A stretch of 32,000 nt of DNA, taken from Candidatus Saccharimonadota bacterium. GTDB lineage: Bacteria; Patescibacteriota; Gracilibacteria; BD1-5; UBA6164. The position numbers and the translations under genes were made by a program. The DNA is taken from assembly GCA_004563595.2 (NCBI GenBank), contig CP042461.1, forward strand, positions 1,230,001 to 1,262,000, read 5' to 3'. Of the stretch, positions 1 to 11,360 are shown one piece after another; positions within the stretch are counted from its first letter, which is position 1; the number at the start of each line of letters is the position of its first letter. The notes below the pieces were generated by a model. The model did not search any database and was not told the DNA's origin. It was given only the letters and a program-made list of their open reading frames with translations.

Positions 1-1425
1 CATCTATCAGTCATGTTATGTTGGTACTATGTGTTGTATTTCAGGTTGTTGTAAATGTATTCCCTATTCATGCGTATGTAGTATTTGAATTTATTCAATA
101 TTTACAGGTTGCATTTTCGTCTGTGTCTAATGTGAGATTCACATTTGTTGTTCCTGAGGCTTGTTCTCCACTTGGTGTTCCGTTCGAAAGTACTGGAGCT
201 GTTGTGTCTGGAGTTACGGCTACAGAAAAGTTTAATGTATAATCTGTTGTTGTTGCATTACTTGATCCATCTATACATCTTACATAATATGTATATGATG
301 TTGCATCTGCTAATCATGTTATGTTGGTTGTATGACTTGTATTTCAGGTTGTTGTAAAGGTATCTGTCATTGATGCATACGTTGTATTTACTGCTGTTGA
401 GTATTTACAGGTTGCATTTTCATCTGTATCTAATGTCAGGTTCACATTCGTTGTTCCTGAGGCTTGTTCTCCACTTGGAGTTCAGTTCGAAAGAATTGGT
501 GCCGTTGTGTCTGGAGTGTTCGCTACAGAAAAATTTAATGTGTAGTCTGTTGTGTTTTCATTACTTGATCAGTCGATACATCTTACATAATACGTATATG
601 ATGTTGCATCTGTGAGTCATGTTATGTTGGTTGTATGACTTGTATTTCATGTCGTTGCAAAGGTATTTATCATACTTGCATATGCTGTATTTGCACTTGT
701 TGAATATCTACAAGTAGAGTTCTCATCAGTATCTAATGTCAGGTTCACATTCGTTGTTCCTGATGCTTGTTCTCCACTTGGAGTTCCGTTCGAAAGAATT
801 GGAGCTGTGGTATCTGGAGTGTTCGCTACTGAGAAACTTAATGTGTAATTTGTTGTGTTTACGTTTGATACGGTATCGATACATCTTACATAATATGTAT
901 ATGATGTTGCATCTGTGAGTCATGTAATATTTGTAGTGTGTGTTGTATTCCCTGTTGTAGCAAAAGTGTTTATCATACTTGCATATGCTGTATTTGCACT
1001 TGTTGAATATCTACAAGTAGAGTTCTCATCAGTATCTAATGTCAGATTTACATTTGTTGTTCCTGATGTTTGTTCTCCACTAGGAGTTCCATTTGAAAGA
1101 ATCGGAGCTGTTGTATCTGGAGTGTTCGCTACTGAAAAATTGAGTGTGTAATCTATTGTTGTTTCATTCAAATACCCATCTATACATCTTACATAATATG
1201 TATATGAATTCCCTTCTGTTAATCATGTTACATTTGTAGAATGTGATGTATTTCACGTCGTAGTAAATGTATTTGTCATACTTGTGAATACTGTATTTGC
1301 AACGGTAGAATATTTACATGTTGCATTCTCATCTGTATCTAATGTGAGATTTACATTCGTTGTTCCTCAGGCTTGTTCTCCAGTTGGAGTTCCGTTTGAA
1401 AGTATAGCTGCTGTAGTATCTACTA
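1..1425 (-). repeat. Tandem 303-bp (101-codon) intragenic repeat, about 4.7 units in the window, continuing past the left edge
   Basis: Unit starts are at 1, 304, 607, 910 and ~1212 (motif catctg.gagtcatg...). A 77-nt block at 666-742 is identical to 969-1045, an offset of exactly 303. Confidence 0.9.
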
Positions 1426-4400
1426 CCGCATTTATCTTGTAGGCAAGGATTACTGGTCAAGCAGCATGATTCTCTCCATCTGCTCTGTTTAAATTCAAAT
1501 ACAATGTGTTTGATACATCATCATATGATCAACCAGCAATTAAGTTTTTTCTTGTTCCATTGAGTCTATATTCAAATGGAGTATTAAATTTTCCATATTG
1601 GTATGGTTTTACTTCGTATGATTGTTTTAATCCATTTTTTACATCTAAGAAATCATTTACATCCCATAACCATATATAGTTATACATATCAAGTGGATCA
1701 TAGGCACATGGTCATCAACATGCTTCTGTTGCACCTGATTGAGTAATCTTGTATCATCCTCCACTTTCATGCATTCATGACATTCAGATCGTTGCATAGG
1801 TTCTGGTTCATGGAATTATAAATCCATATTCTGCTCAAGAATCTTCCGTCCATAAATCATTATCTCCATTTGCATTATATAGATCCCAGTCTCAATATTC
1901 TGCCCACCCTGAAGGTGTCTTTGCTAATACATTACTTAAACCAAAATCTAATAATTTAGTAGTCGGTATAGTTACATTTGTATCGGTTGCATTCAAAAGA
2001 TCATCTGATTGAAATGCAAACGCACTTGGTCACATACTAGATCTCGAATTAATAGGTATTGAGCTTGATGATCATGATATATAATCTCATCATAATAGTG
2101 TTTGCCATTCTGTTGGTATCAATGATGCCCAACTTATTAAATGAGCCCTTCATGCAAGTGGAAATATTCCATCTATTACAGAATTTTTTAGATCTGATAG
2201 ATTTTTTACTACTGATGTTGTTCAAACATTAGTTCCACCTGCATCGTAATATGTATAGCTATGAAATAACAAACTATTGCCAATTACAGCCATTCATCAT
2301 AATTCGTCATGCGCTTCAGGATTTAATACTCTATTACGTACATAATCAAAGTCCTGTATTTGTGTTGCATTGTTTAGATTATTATAATCTGAATCAAGTG
2401 ATAACGCAGGAATACTAAATTCTCATAAGGCATCTTGATTTGTATGACTGGCTATGAAAACCGAATTTGAAGCAGGATTTACAGCAAATTTCCCTGAGGT
2501 ATAACTTAGGTCTGATACTCATGATGTTGAACCAAAAGTAAATCATCATACGTATTCAAAGTCTCCTATATGTGCAAGTGGATTTGTAGTAGGGTCTGAA
2601 CTTGGAATGCCAGATGCTACTGAAAAACTAATCGTATAATCAGAAGTATTTTCATTTGATGATCAGTCAATACATCTTACATAATATGTATATGATGTTC
2701 CATCTGTCAGTCCTCATATACTCACACTATGTGTTTGTCATCATGTTGTAACAAAGTTATTTACCATTGATCCGTATACTGTATTTGCAGTTGTTGAATA
2801 TTTACAAAATGCATTCTCATTGGTATTCAATGTTAAATTTACATTACTTATTCCTGATGAAAGTGCTCACATAGGTCATCCATTTGATATGATTGGAGCT
2901 GTTGTATCTGATGGTCATGTTGCCGTTGCTCAAGCATCAATTATTTCTATCTTATCTAAAATAAGCTCCTTATTATTCTCATAATTCACATTTGTATTTA
3001 CCAATGAATAATTCCCTGCACTTGCAGACGTAAACTCATATTCAATAGCTCCATACGAATTAGCTTCTACAGTTCATGTCGTCATAAAATACCATGTTCA
3101 AGCTCACCCAGAACCGAGCCTATCATTGTCATCAAAACTTATTCTTGGTGTAAATGTTATATCTCCATTCGTATCATTATACCAAGTTAATAAAACTCTA
3201 TCTCATTCTGCAAGTTCCATTGATGGTCATGATATTCATTGGTAGTTATAATCTTTATTCGAGGCTAATACATTCGTCATTCATTGATTATAATAGCCTG
3301 TATAAGTATCCTTAAAAACAGTATCCCAATTTGTAAAATTGAATATATCACTGGCTGCACTGTTTCAAAAATCTACCAGTAATTGACTACATGCATTGTT
3401 GCAAGCGGAGTCTGCACAATCAGTTTTTCCATTCCCATCATTATCTATACCATCATTACAGACTTCTGGTGGAACTACAAGTAAAGTAAGGTTCTTTGTT
3501 GTTAGAGCTACCGGTGAGTTTGAATCTGTAACGGTAATATCAATATTAAATATTCATAACTCTGTTGGAGCTCATGAAAGAAGACCTGCACTTGAGAGAG
3601 TTAATCATGCTGGAAGTGTTGATGTTGTTGATATACTACGTGGTGCCATTCATCATTTTGCTTCAATTTGTTTTGAGTATGGAGAGTTCAGTACAGCTGT
3701 TTGTAAAGAAGTTGTACTGAACTCCAAATCTGTAACAGCTGCATATATCGTATAATCTATTGTTTTCACTAAACTCATTCTTTGAATATCTCCAACTGAT
3801 GGAACATTTACCATGTCTAAATCATATGAATCTTGCGAAATAGCTGACCTATCTGAAATATCTGTTACGGCAAAATAAATCTTTTTTCCAAGTCAAAGTT
3901 CTGTTTTATGTTGATCTTGTAGTTCTAACGCAGCCCAAAGAACCTTGTATCATGGATTTGGTTTTATAATCTGTCCAAGAGCATTATTCTCTGCTCTATC
4001 AAAGTTAATCGTTTCTTTTGGAGTAAAAGCAGAGTTATAATTTGAATTATCTATCGGAGAAAATGAGTACTTTACTTCATATGTTGCATGACAATCTAAA
4101 CACTTGTATTTGTCCTCTAAACTAATATCAAAGATTTGCGTATCAGGATTATATCATACTCATAGATTTGTTACGGTTTCATCGTTTTCATAATCTACTT
4201 TGTATGCATCTATTTCATCTATGTAAAAATATGCAGGTGATGTGGTTTTTTGAGAACTATTTGATCTCAAAGCATATGACGCTATTCTATTAAAATAGTC
4301 TACTCCATCTCATGGTGCCTCATATCATCATACTCTGTATTGTCCATAGGGATCAGGATCTCATCCATTATTATGAGCTGGATGTCCATCATATACAATA

Positions 4401-5086
4401 TGGGTCCAAGATCACATGGGAATGTTCGTCACATGATGATAGTAATGTGCCGCTTTTCCGGTATCAATAAATGGGTACCATGAAAATGTCTCATCTGGTC
4501 TTGTATATGTTCCTGATAATTTCTGATCTTCTATATTTCTTGTTCCTTCTGGCATAAATACCCACAGACTCAGCCTATTGTTTCATTGAAGTTCTGGAAA
4601 TTTTGTTGTAACAGTTTGGTTTTTAAAATAAACTTGTAAATCTCATGGCTGTACTTGAGTTCCATATGGGTCATTTCCATCTGAAATATGTCCTTCAAAT
4701 TGTGATTTTGAGTGAACAGGTAATCCATCCCAATCAACTGAACCAAGGTTATCATATGCTCAACCAGTATAATGTACTTTTAATGAGCTTCAGCTAATAG
4801 ATAGATTTGGTTCCGCATCTATAAATCAATACCTATACCATCATTTATGGTTATTATTTTCTCCATTATAGTATGGAAATATTTGCCCCTGAGTACTCGA
4901 ACAAAGTTTCCCATAATTTTCTCAGTTATAGGCATTACATTCGTTAGATCATATATCTGAGTATGACCAATCACCAAACCCCTTAGTCAGGTCTCAATCT
5001 ATAAAATCAAAGCTTATTGCTCAAACACTTAAAAATGAACTAAAAAATATTAATATTCAAGCAAGTGTTCTTAATAGGGGTCTCAT
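1..5086 (-). CDS. Giant secreted cell-surface protein, partial (>=1695 aa; 3' end runs off the left edge of the window)
   Basis: The minus-strand frame is open from ATG (5086-5084) to position 2 with TGA=Gly; I met no TAA/TAG while reading it. The N-terminus MRPLLRTLAGILIFFSSFLSVGAISF looks like a signal peptide. It contains GLTLSSAGLLSGAPTELGIFNIDITVTDS (putative-Ig / cadherin-like) and CNDGIDNDGNGKTDCADSAC (~3400-3460; MopE-like Cys/Asp metal-binding motif). It carries six ~101-aa modules of the form DTTAPILSNGTPSGEQxSGTTNVNLTLDTDENSTCRYS...SYTYYVRC. Track ORF 920..1171(-) is an in-frame fragment of this gene. Confidence 0.8.
2610..2915 (-). repeat. Sixth, diverged copy of the same 101-aa module, separated from the array by a ~1.2-kb unique domain
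   Basis: It translates to DTTAPIISNGGPMGALSSGISNVNLTLNTNENAFCKYSTTANTVYGSMVNNFVTTGGQTHSVSIGGLTDGTSYTYYVRCIDG. The Cys...YYVRC framework matches the tandem units. Confidence 0.7.
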
Positions 5087-5184
5087 TATTCTTTCAATTA
5101 AAATATAATTACGATAATTTTATCATACTTATATTTTATGCTCAATGAATTTGTCTTGACGAATCTCTATTAATATTTTTTATA

Positions 5185-5892
5185 TTAATAATTAATTGTT
5201 AACTCTCTATCTTCTCAATTAAATCCTGCTTGTTCCAGGTTATATTTTAATGTTTTTGCCAAAGTGATTGGAAGAATTTTTTCATTTTTCACACAATCAG
5301 ATAAAAACTCTTCAATTTCAGATGAGTGTTTTTCTATATATATTCAAGCTGTTACTCCTCTATTAATTCACTTAAACATGGCCTTTACTTGTCATGATTC
5401 CCTAATAGGTGGTTGAAAAAATATTTTACTTCTCATTGCTTTATAATCTGATCCTTTCCACATGAGGTTTTCGATTTTTACTGAAACAGTAACAAGTGGT
5501 ACAGAAAAATCTGGAGCGAAACAGTTTATATCTTCTCTTAAGAATCTCAATTCTTCATAGTATTCCTCTAATATTTCTACTTCTTCTTTTAAGGTAACTC
5601 ATACAATATGAATTCTTTTTTTGTTTTTTATAGCATTTTCAAATAAACCTTTAAATATTTCAAGCTCATCTTCCGGAGAATACACATTCGAATACATTGC
5701 AGGCTTCTGGTCCGTCATTTTAAGTATTTCTATATTTTTTCTTTTCTCTAGTAAGTCAGATATAAAAACCACTTCAACATCAGAGTATTGCTTCTCTTTC
5801 CCTCCCCAATCTAAAATATCAATTGAAAATATATTATCAAAAAGGTCTGTTCATGGAATATTCACTATTCTATCTGGGTATACTTTTTTCAT
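5185..5892 (-). CDS. Hypothetical protein (235 aa)
   Basis: ATG at 5892 directly abuts the TAA (5893-5895) of the upstream rnhB-queH gene, which suggests an operon. The frame is open to TAA at 5185-5187 with TGA=Gly. It starts MKKVYPDRIVNIPGTDLFDN. I recognise no family. Confidence 0.55.
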
Positions 5893-7101
5893 TTATTTTT
5901 TCTTTTCTTTTAATTTATCTAAAAATTGTTGTTTTCCTCCTGGATACGTGTCTGAATATATGCATCCACAATAATTCTGTCTATATATATTATGTTTTTT
6001 TGTATATTCTACAGACCTTTCAAATCCCTTATTTTTTCTAAATGCTATTTTTAGAAACTCTAAACTTTCTTTTAAACTATGCTTATCTCATAACCTGAAC
6101 ATCTTTTCTAAATCTTTATGCGGAGATGTATTCAATGTTGAAGTCCAGTAAGTAATTCAAAGTTTTTTTGCTTCTTTGGCTGTTCTATCAAGTCTCATAT
6201 CATAACACTCTGTACACTTTTCTCATCTTTCTGGTGTTGCCTCTAATCATTGAATTTTTTTAAAAAAATTCTGAACATCATATTCTCATTCTATCCACTC
6301 TACTCATTCTATTTCACAGATTTTTTTTAATTCTCATAACCTCTTATCGTGTTCACGCTTCGGTTGAATATTTGGATCATACCAAAAACAAATAACTTCA
6401 TAATCTTTTTTTAAATCAACTATAGGAACAGTAGCATCAGGACCACAACATATATGGAGAAGTAATTTTGGCTTTGCTTCTAAAATAGCTTTTACTGGCT
6501 TGTATGAAGCTCTATGAATTCCAGTCACTTTTCATTTATCAGACAAGAATTCTCTATGTTTTTTTGTACCATATCATTTATGATTCTCTATTCAAAGATC
6601 AGGGTACAATGAAGCATATGTATTCATAAGTTGATCTCTAAACACTTTTGCTATAATAGACGCGGCTCAAATCTCTGTTATTTTTCCATCTCATCAAATA
6701 ATAAAAATCGGTTTTTTTGTAAGCTCATCGAATGCATAATTATCATTTCCATCAATCATTACAGTTGTAATTTCATCATTTGGTATTTTTCTCAAAAGTT
6801 CTACCAAAGCCCTTCTCATTGCTTCTTTATTCGCTTGTTTAATATTAATTTCATCAATAACGTAATTATCAACAACTCAAACTCAAAAATAAACTTTAGG
6901 ATTCTCTCCTCTACTTAATTCGATAAGCTGAGCATATAATTTTTCTCTTTTTTTCTGTGTTAATTTCTTAGAATCATTTATTTGATTTAAAAACTCCTTG
7001 CTTGGAGTATTTTCAGGATGAAAGCATAAAGCACAGGCAACTACGGCTCATAACCATGGTCATCTTCATGCTTCATCAATTCAAATTTTATATTTATTCA
7101 T
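5893..7101 (-). CDS. rnhB: RNase HII fused in frame to epoxyqueuosine reductase QueH (DUF208), 402 aa
   Basis: The N-terminal half is RNase HII: MNKYKIGIDEAGRGPWLGAVVACA...DSKKL...MIDGNDNY...IGGDGKITEIGAASIIAKVFRD...HKGYGTKKH...HRASYKPV. With no stop it continues into KLLLHICCGPDATV...FWYDPNIQP...CTECYDMRLDRTA...YRQNYCGCIYS, which is QueH. Track ORF 6334..6528(-) spans the junction in the same frame. Confidence 0.75.
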
Positions 7102-7175
7102 TTTATACTTTCAATATTATAATTTTGATTATAATAACTAAAATTAAAATTTAAACAAACAAATACGTGGAATAC

Positions 7176-8429
7176 AAAATCTTTTGATGTAAAGTAAATA
7201 AATACTATACCGATGAATGGCTCAATTCTGACTATCTTTCTGATAAAAAAGGTATTTTTATTGCATCCTGTGTAGTAACAGATAATGCAAAAAGAAAATG
7301 GGTGAAATTCATCAAAGATACTGGAAAAAACCTATCCGCATGAGAAAAAATGTATGTAAGTTGATGTGGAGCTTTTACAGAAGGAAAAGCTCAAACTGAC
7401 TTTTTTGAAGTCTATCCTAATCTTGCATACCTCAAAGACAGTATCGAGATTCTCGACGAAATACCTGATAAAAAACCGAAACCAAAATTAAACCTTGAAG
7501 AAGTGAAAAATAAGCTCAAAAATATCCCTCAGATCTATACAAAAAAATTCTTACTTATTCAGGGCTGATGTGATAGTTTTTGTACTTTTTGTCTTACAGT
7601 AAAAAAAAGATGAAGGCACTATTCTCGAAACCTAGATGATATTGTTGAAGATATTTTAGAATATGAATTACAAGGATGAAAAGAAGTAGTTCTTACTTGA
7701 GTTAACCTTACAGCTTGGGGACTTGATTCAACAAATGACATTTGAAAATCAAGATTTGCAGAGCTTCTCATAGCTATTTTAGATAGAACTGAAATTCCTA
7801 GACTTAGGATCAGCTCATTATGACCTGAATTTGTAACTGATGAAATATTAGAGGTCTGTAAAAATAAAAGAATTTACCCTCATTTCCACTATTCAGTTCA
7901 ATCATGATCAAGTAATACTCTCAAAGCAATGGCTCGTCATTACGATGGGAAATATATGAGAAAATTACTTGAAAAAACCAAAAACCTTCAAAGAGATGAT
8001 TGAATAAATGTAAGTATATGAGCTGATTTAATTGTAGGCTTTCCGGGAGAAACCGATGAAAACTTCAGAGAAACCTACAATCTTATTAAAGACTGACTTA
8101 TCACCAAAGTTCATGCATTTCCGTTTTCAGCTCATAACTTATGAGAAAGTGTACCTGCTGGAAAGTTTCCAAATCAAGTGGATGAAAAAATAAAAAAAGA
8201 AAGAATGTGGGAAATAATGAACATCTCAGATCAAATACGTGATGACTTTATAGATCAAAATATTTGAAAAACTTTAGAAGTTTTAATAGAGTCTGCTAAA
8301 ACTGATACAGACTGAAGAATAAAATGGAAATGATGGACTCAAAATTATATAGAAGCAGATCAAGATACATTTGAAATCTCTTCTTGAACTATAAAAAGAA
8401 ATGAAATAGTCGTTTGAAAATTAAAATAA
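7176..8429 (+). CDS. mtaB: Radical-SAM methylthiotransferase, MiaB/MtaB family (MtaB-like), 417 aa, GTG start
   Basis: N-terminus (M)EYKIFGCKVNKYYTDEW, then IASCVVTD and VSGCGAF, giving the three Cys of the UPF0004 domain. The radical-SAM motif is LLIQGGCDSFCTFC, with the Gly before the Cys encoded by TGA at 7566-7568. It also has SVQSGSSNTLKAMAR and LIVGFPGETDENF. A TAA at 7161 closes the frame upstream and there is no in-frame ATG before the GCKVN box. Confidence 0.75.
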
Positions 8430-8430
8430 T

Positions 8431-8516
8431 AAGATAAAAATTGTTTATTTTTTGTAACGAGGACTGTCTGAGCGCAAGCAAGTTTCTGAGTGAAAAAAAT
8501 AAACAATTTTTATCTT
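8431..8516 (+). terminator. Perfect 23-bp inverted repeat with a 39-nt GC-richer loop; probable terminator or attenuator between mtaB and lspA
   Basis: The arm aagataaaaattgtttatttttt (8431-8453) pairs with aaaaaataaacaatttttatctt (8494-8516). The loop is gtaacgaggactgtctgagcgcaagcaagtttctgagtg(a). Confidence 0.45.
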
Positions 8517-8535
8517 ATAACCACAAACAAAAACT

Positions 8536-8982
8536 ATGTTTTACATAATACTTATCCCCTGAATAATCCTTGATTTTATCACAAAAAATCTTGCAAATAC
8601 ATATTTACAAAATAAAATAAGTATTTTATGAGACTTCTTCTATTTGCAATATGCAGAAAATACATGAATTGCATTTTCCATTCAAATTCCTTCATTTTTT
8701 CTTAAAACACTCACTCTGACTTTGATTATTGCTATTTTTTATTATTATAAAACTGAAAAGAAAAAAATATCTCCTCAAAAAAAACAAAATTTACTTTTAG
8801 ATATTTCTTTTTGACTCATATTAGCAGGAGCAATATGAAATGCCATTTGAAGAATATTTCATTCATATGTTATTGATTTCATTTGAATACAATACTTCTC
8901 TATATTTAATATGGCTGACATATATATTAATCTTTGAGCATTATTATACATCTATTTGCTTATAAAAAATCGTAATTTATAA
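8536..8982 (+). CDS. lspA: Lipoprotein signal peptidase (signal peptidase II) homolog, 148 aa
   Basis: ILDFITKNL (the N-terminal Asp/Lys box), YLQYAENTGIAFS, AGAIGNAI[TGA]RIF and SIFNMADIYINLGA (the FNxAD box). See the finding on the TGA at 8848-8850. Confidence 0.75.
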
Positions 8983-8994
8983 TCCCCTTTTCAT

Positions 8995-9744
8995 ATGTGA
9001 TTCTGACCAAAAAAACTTTCTTTTTCAGATATACTTATAAATTCTATCTGAAGCCTTATTGCCTGAGCACTATGAAGTGTAATTATATTAATAATTACAT
9101 TTTCAATATGAAACATCATTAATATCCCTGCTGCATTCAATACAGCAAGTATATGAATTGAAACAAATGCTATTTTTCCACTCGTTCTCTCAGTTATCAC
9201 CCTGCTATGAACAACGACTACAATATTTCTCACATATTATATAGCTCACCTCACTAATAGTGATCGATATAGAAAGAATATTATTATCCTAGGGCAAATC
9301 GCTTTCTTTGCAGTTATGACATATTTATTTGTTACCCCTATTTACTTATATGCAGGACTTCAAAATTACGACTATATAATGTATGTCTTTCTTGCTCATA
9401 CACTCACCGTAACCTTCTGAACAAGTATTATACTTGAAACACTCAATAATTACCGCTACATTCTCCTTTGAATATATTGAAGCTTTGTTGGACTCTTTAT
9501 CAGTATAATTATAACTATTAGTATATTCTCTCTTTTTAGTGCATGAATAGCTAAATTAATCTCACTTATTATACTCCTCCCTATTATTAATTTTCTTATC
9601 ACTTTCTTTAAACAACTCTTTGAAATAATATATATGTATTATTTCAGAATGACCAATCAGGACCAGCTTTGAGATATTTTTTACCAAATTGAATTGGAAG
9701 AAAAAGAGATGTTACTAGAAGAGGAAGAAAAAAATAGTATATAA
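8995..9744 (+). CDS. Multi-pass membrane protein, hypothetical (249 aa) with an acidic C-terminal tail
   Basis: The frame is open from ATG 8995 to TAA 9742-9744 with TGA=Gly. It contains several long hydrophobic segments (for example GSLIAGALGSVIILIITFSIG and IIILGQIAFFAVMTYLFVTPIYLYAG). The tail is ELEEKEMLLEEEEKNSI. Confidence 0.55.
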
Positions 9745-9797
9745 AGAAAGCTTTAATTATAAACCCCCAATATATGTTAAATATAATAAGCCAAACA

Positions 9798-10307
9798 ATG
9801 GAGTTTTATACAAAGTATAAAAAGGTTCCATCATTAAGTGATATAAAAATTGAAAATTCTTCTCTATTAGAAGGTAAAACATCTCTATTTATAACTCTCT
9901 ATAAAAACTGAGAGATTAGATGATCAGCATGAAATATTAGAGAAATAACGAGCTCTACAGCAGAAGAACTTATCCAGAATACTATCCATGCAATATCAAA
10001 AGATCATCGTTTTCCTGAAATCAAAATTGATGATGTAAAAGATTTAAAAATTAGGCTCGATGTTATTACAAATAGAAGAGTTATCCAGGATAATGAATTA
10101 ACAAAAATTGATCCAGTTAAAAACTGAGTACTCGCGATAAAAAAAGATTACTCAAAACTTGCAGTTATTTTACCAAATATTCATCCAACACTCTTAACTT
10201 GAGATGATTTTGCTCCTATATTAAAAGAAAAGCTCTGAGAAAAATATTTTAAAGCAAATGAATATATTGTCTATGAAATACAAACAGAAGTATCAAGAGA
10301 TTTCTAA
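9798..10307 (+). CDS. AMMECR1 domain protein (169 aa)
   Basis: SLFITLYKNGEIRGSAGNI matches the AMMECR1 pattern FVTL..g.LRGCIG. It also has AISKDHRFPEIKIDDVKDLKIRLDVI and NGVLAIKKDYSKLAVILPN. Confidence 0.6.
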
Positions 10308-10314
10308 AAAATTC

Positions 10315-10359
10315 AAAACAAAAAAATAAAACCTCATTGAGGTTTTATTTTTTTGTTTT
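10315..10359. terminator. Bidirectional Rho-independent terminator between the convergent AMMECR1 and pilin genes
   Basis: aaaacaaaaaaataaaacctca / tgaggttttatttttttgtttt form a ~22-bp palindromic stem with A-run and T-run flanks. Confidence 0.75.
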
Positions 10360-10366
10360 AAGAGTA

Positions 10367-10963
10367 TTATTGAGTTCTAATTACCATTGGATTTGCAGGT
10401 GTAGTTGTACTACATGCAATACCTACCCCTACAGGAGTAACACATGTCATAGTAGAAACAGCAGCAGCTATTCATCCAGCTAAAACAACCACTGTAGGCT
10501 TTGGAATAGTATTATCAATACCAATTCATAATTCTAATCTATTATCATCGTCTCATCCATCTTTTGCAGCTTTTCAAGTTAAATTCCCTGATTGTTCAAA
10601 ATGAGTTGAAATTTCAAATTCTTGATTATTTATAGTATTTGAATCAGCTGATACATTGTATAAGTAATCAAAAACTGAATTTGCACTTCCTTGTTCTGTC
10701 TTTGGATCTTCTGGCAATTTAGGAACATATGTTGTTACTCATGAAAATGTTCCTCCTTTATCAGGATATTCTCCTGCGTCTTGATAGTATTGTTCTGTTC
10801 ATGATTTTAGAGCGTTTACATCTGTAAGTCTTGTACTATCTCTTGCTTTTTGAATTTGACTTGTATATACAGTAGTTGCCCCGGTAGCAAGAATACCTAT
10901 AATTGTGATTACTACCAATAACTCAATAAGAGTGAAGGCTTTTTTTATGCTTTGTAATTTCAT
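10367..10963 (-). CDS. Type IV pilin / pseudopilin with a prepilin N-terminal methylation motif (198 aa)
   Basis: MKLQSIKKAFTLIELLVVITIIGILATGATTVY is the classic class III signal peptide (G/A-FTLIELLVV). The C-terminus carries two Cys (TMTCVTPVGVGIACS). Confidence 0.8.
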
Positions 10964-11058
10964 AATGAAAATATAAAAAAAATAAATAAATTTTTTATTT
11001 TATGGGCAGGTGCCCTAAAATACCCCCTCAGTATATATATAATATAAAAATGTCAAAA

Positions 11059-11262
11059 TTAATCTTTATAATGTATTGCATTTACTGGACAGGCTGATAT
11101 GGCATCATCTACAGATTCTGACTGTTTTATTCATTTTTTTGAAAAAGCTTTCCCTTCATCATCAAGATCAAAGACCTCTCAACATATTGCAACACAGGCA
11201 CTACAGCCAATACAGTCCTCATTTACATATACATCTCATAACTGAGAATCCTCATGTGTCAT
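11059..11262 (-). CDS. Small ferredoxin, single [4Fe-4S]/[3Fe-4S] cluster type (67 aa)
   Basis: MTHEDSQLGDVYVNEDCIGCSACVAICGEVFDLDDEGKAF...DDAISACPVNAIHYKD shows the CxxCxxC...CP pattern. The plus-strand track ORF 11076..11264 is its antisense artefact. Confidence 0.7.
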
Positions 11263-11360
11263 AATTAATTATACTATGAAATAAAATCTCAAAGATTATA
11301 ATCAAAAAAAATACAAAGCAAAATATATAATAATTTATAAATTTCACTTTGTATTTTTAG

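Noticed and set aside
18-1151. Plus-strand track ORFs 18..242, 145..357, 370..615, 736..918 and 915..1151 in the repeat region
   Set aside because: They are antisense to the long minus-strand ORF. Their low-complexity Leu/Val/Phe-rich products are repeated only because the underlying DNA is repeated. The minus frame gives a coherent secreted repeat protein.
1-1425. CRISPR array or satellite interpretation of the 303-bp repeats (and of the 112-bp repeats at 23888-24190)
   Set aside because: The 303-bp units are contiguous, lack unique spacers and are in frame within a protein-coding ORF. The 112-bp units each carry a promoter ahead of the 16S. Neither has CRISPR repeat-spacer architecture, and no cas genes are present.
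3396-3755. Track ORF 3396..3755 (+), 119 aa
   Set aside because: It is antisense to the surface-protein ORF, whose minus-frame translation here contains the CNDGIDNDGNGKTDCADSAC and putative-Ig motifs. It has no start context or homology.
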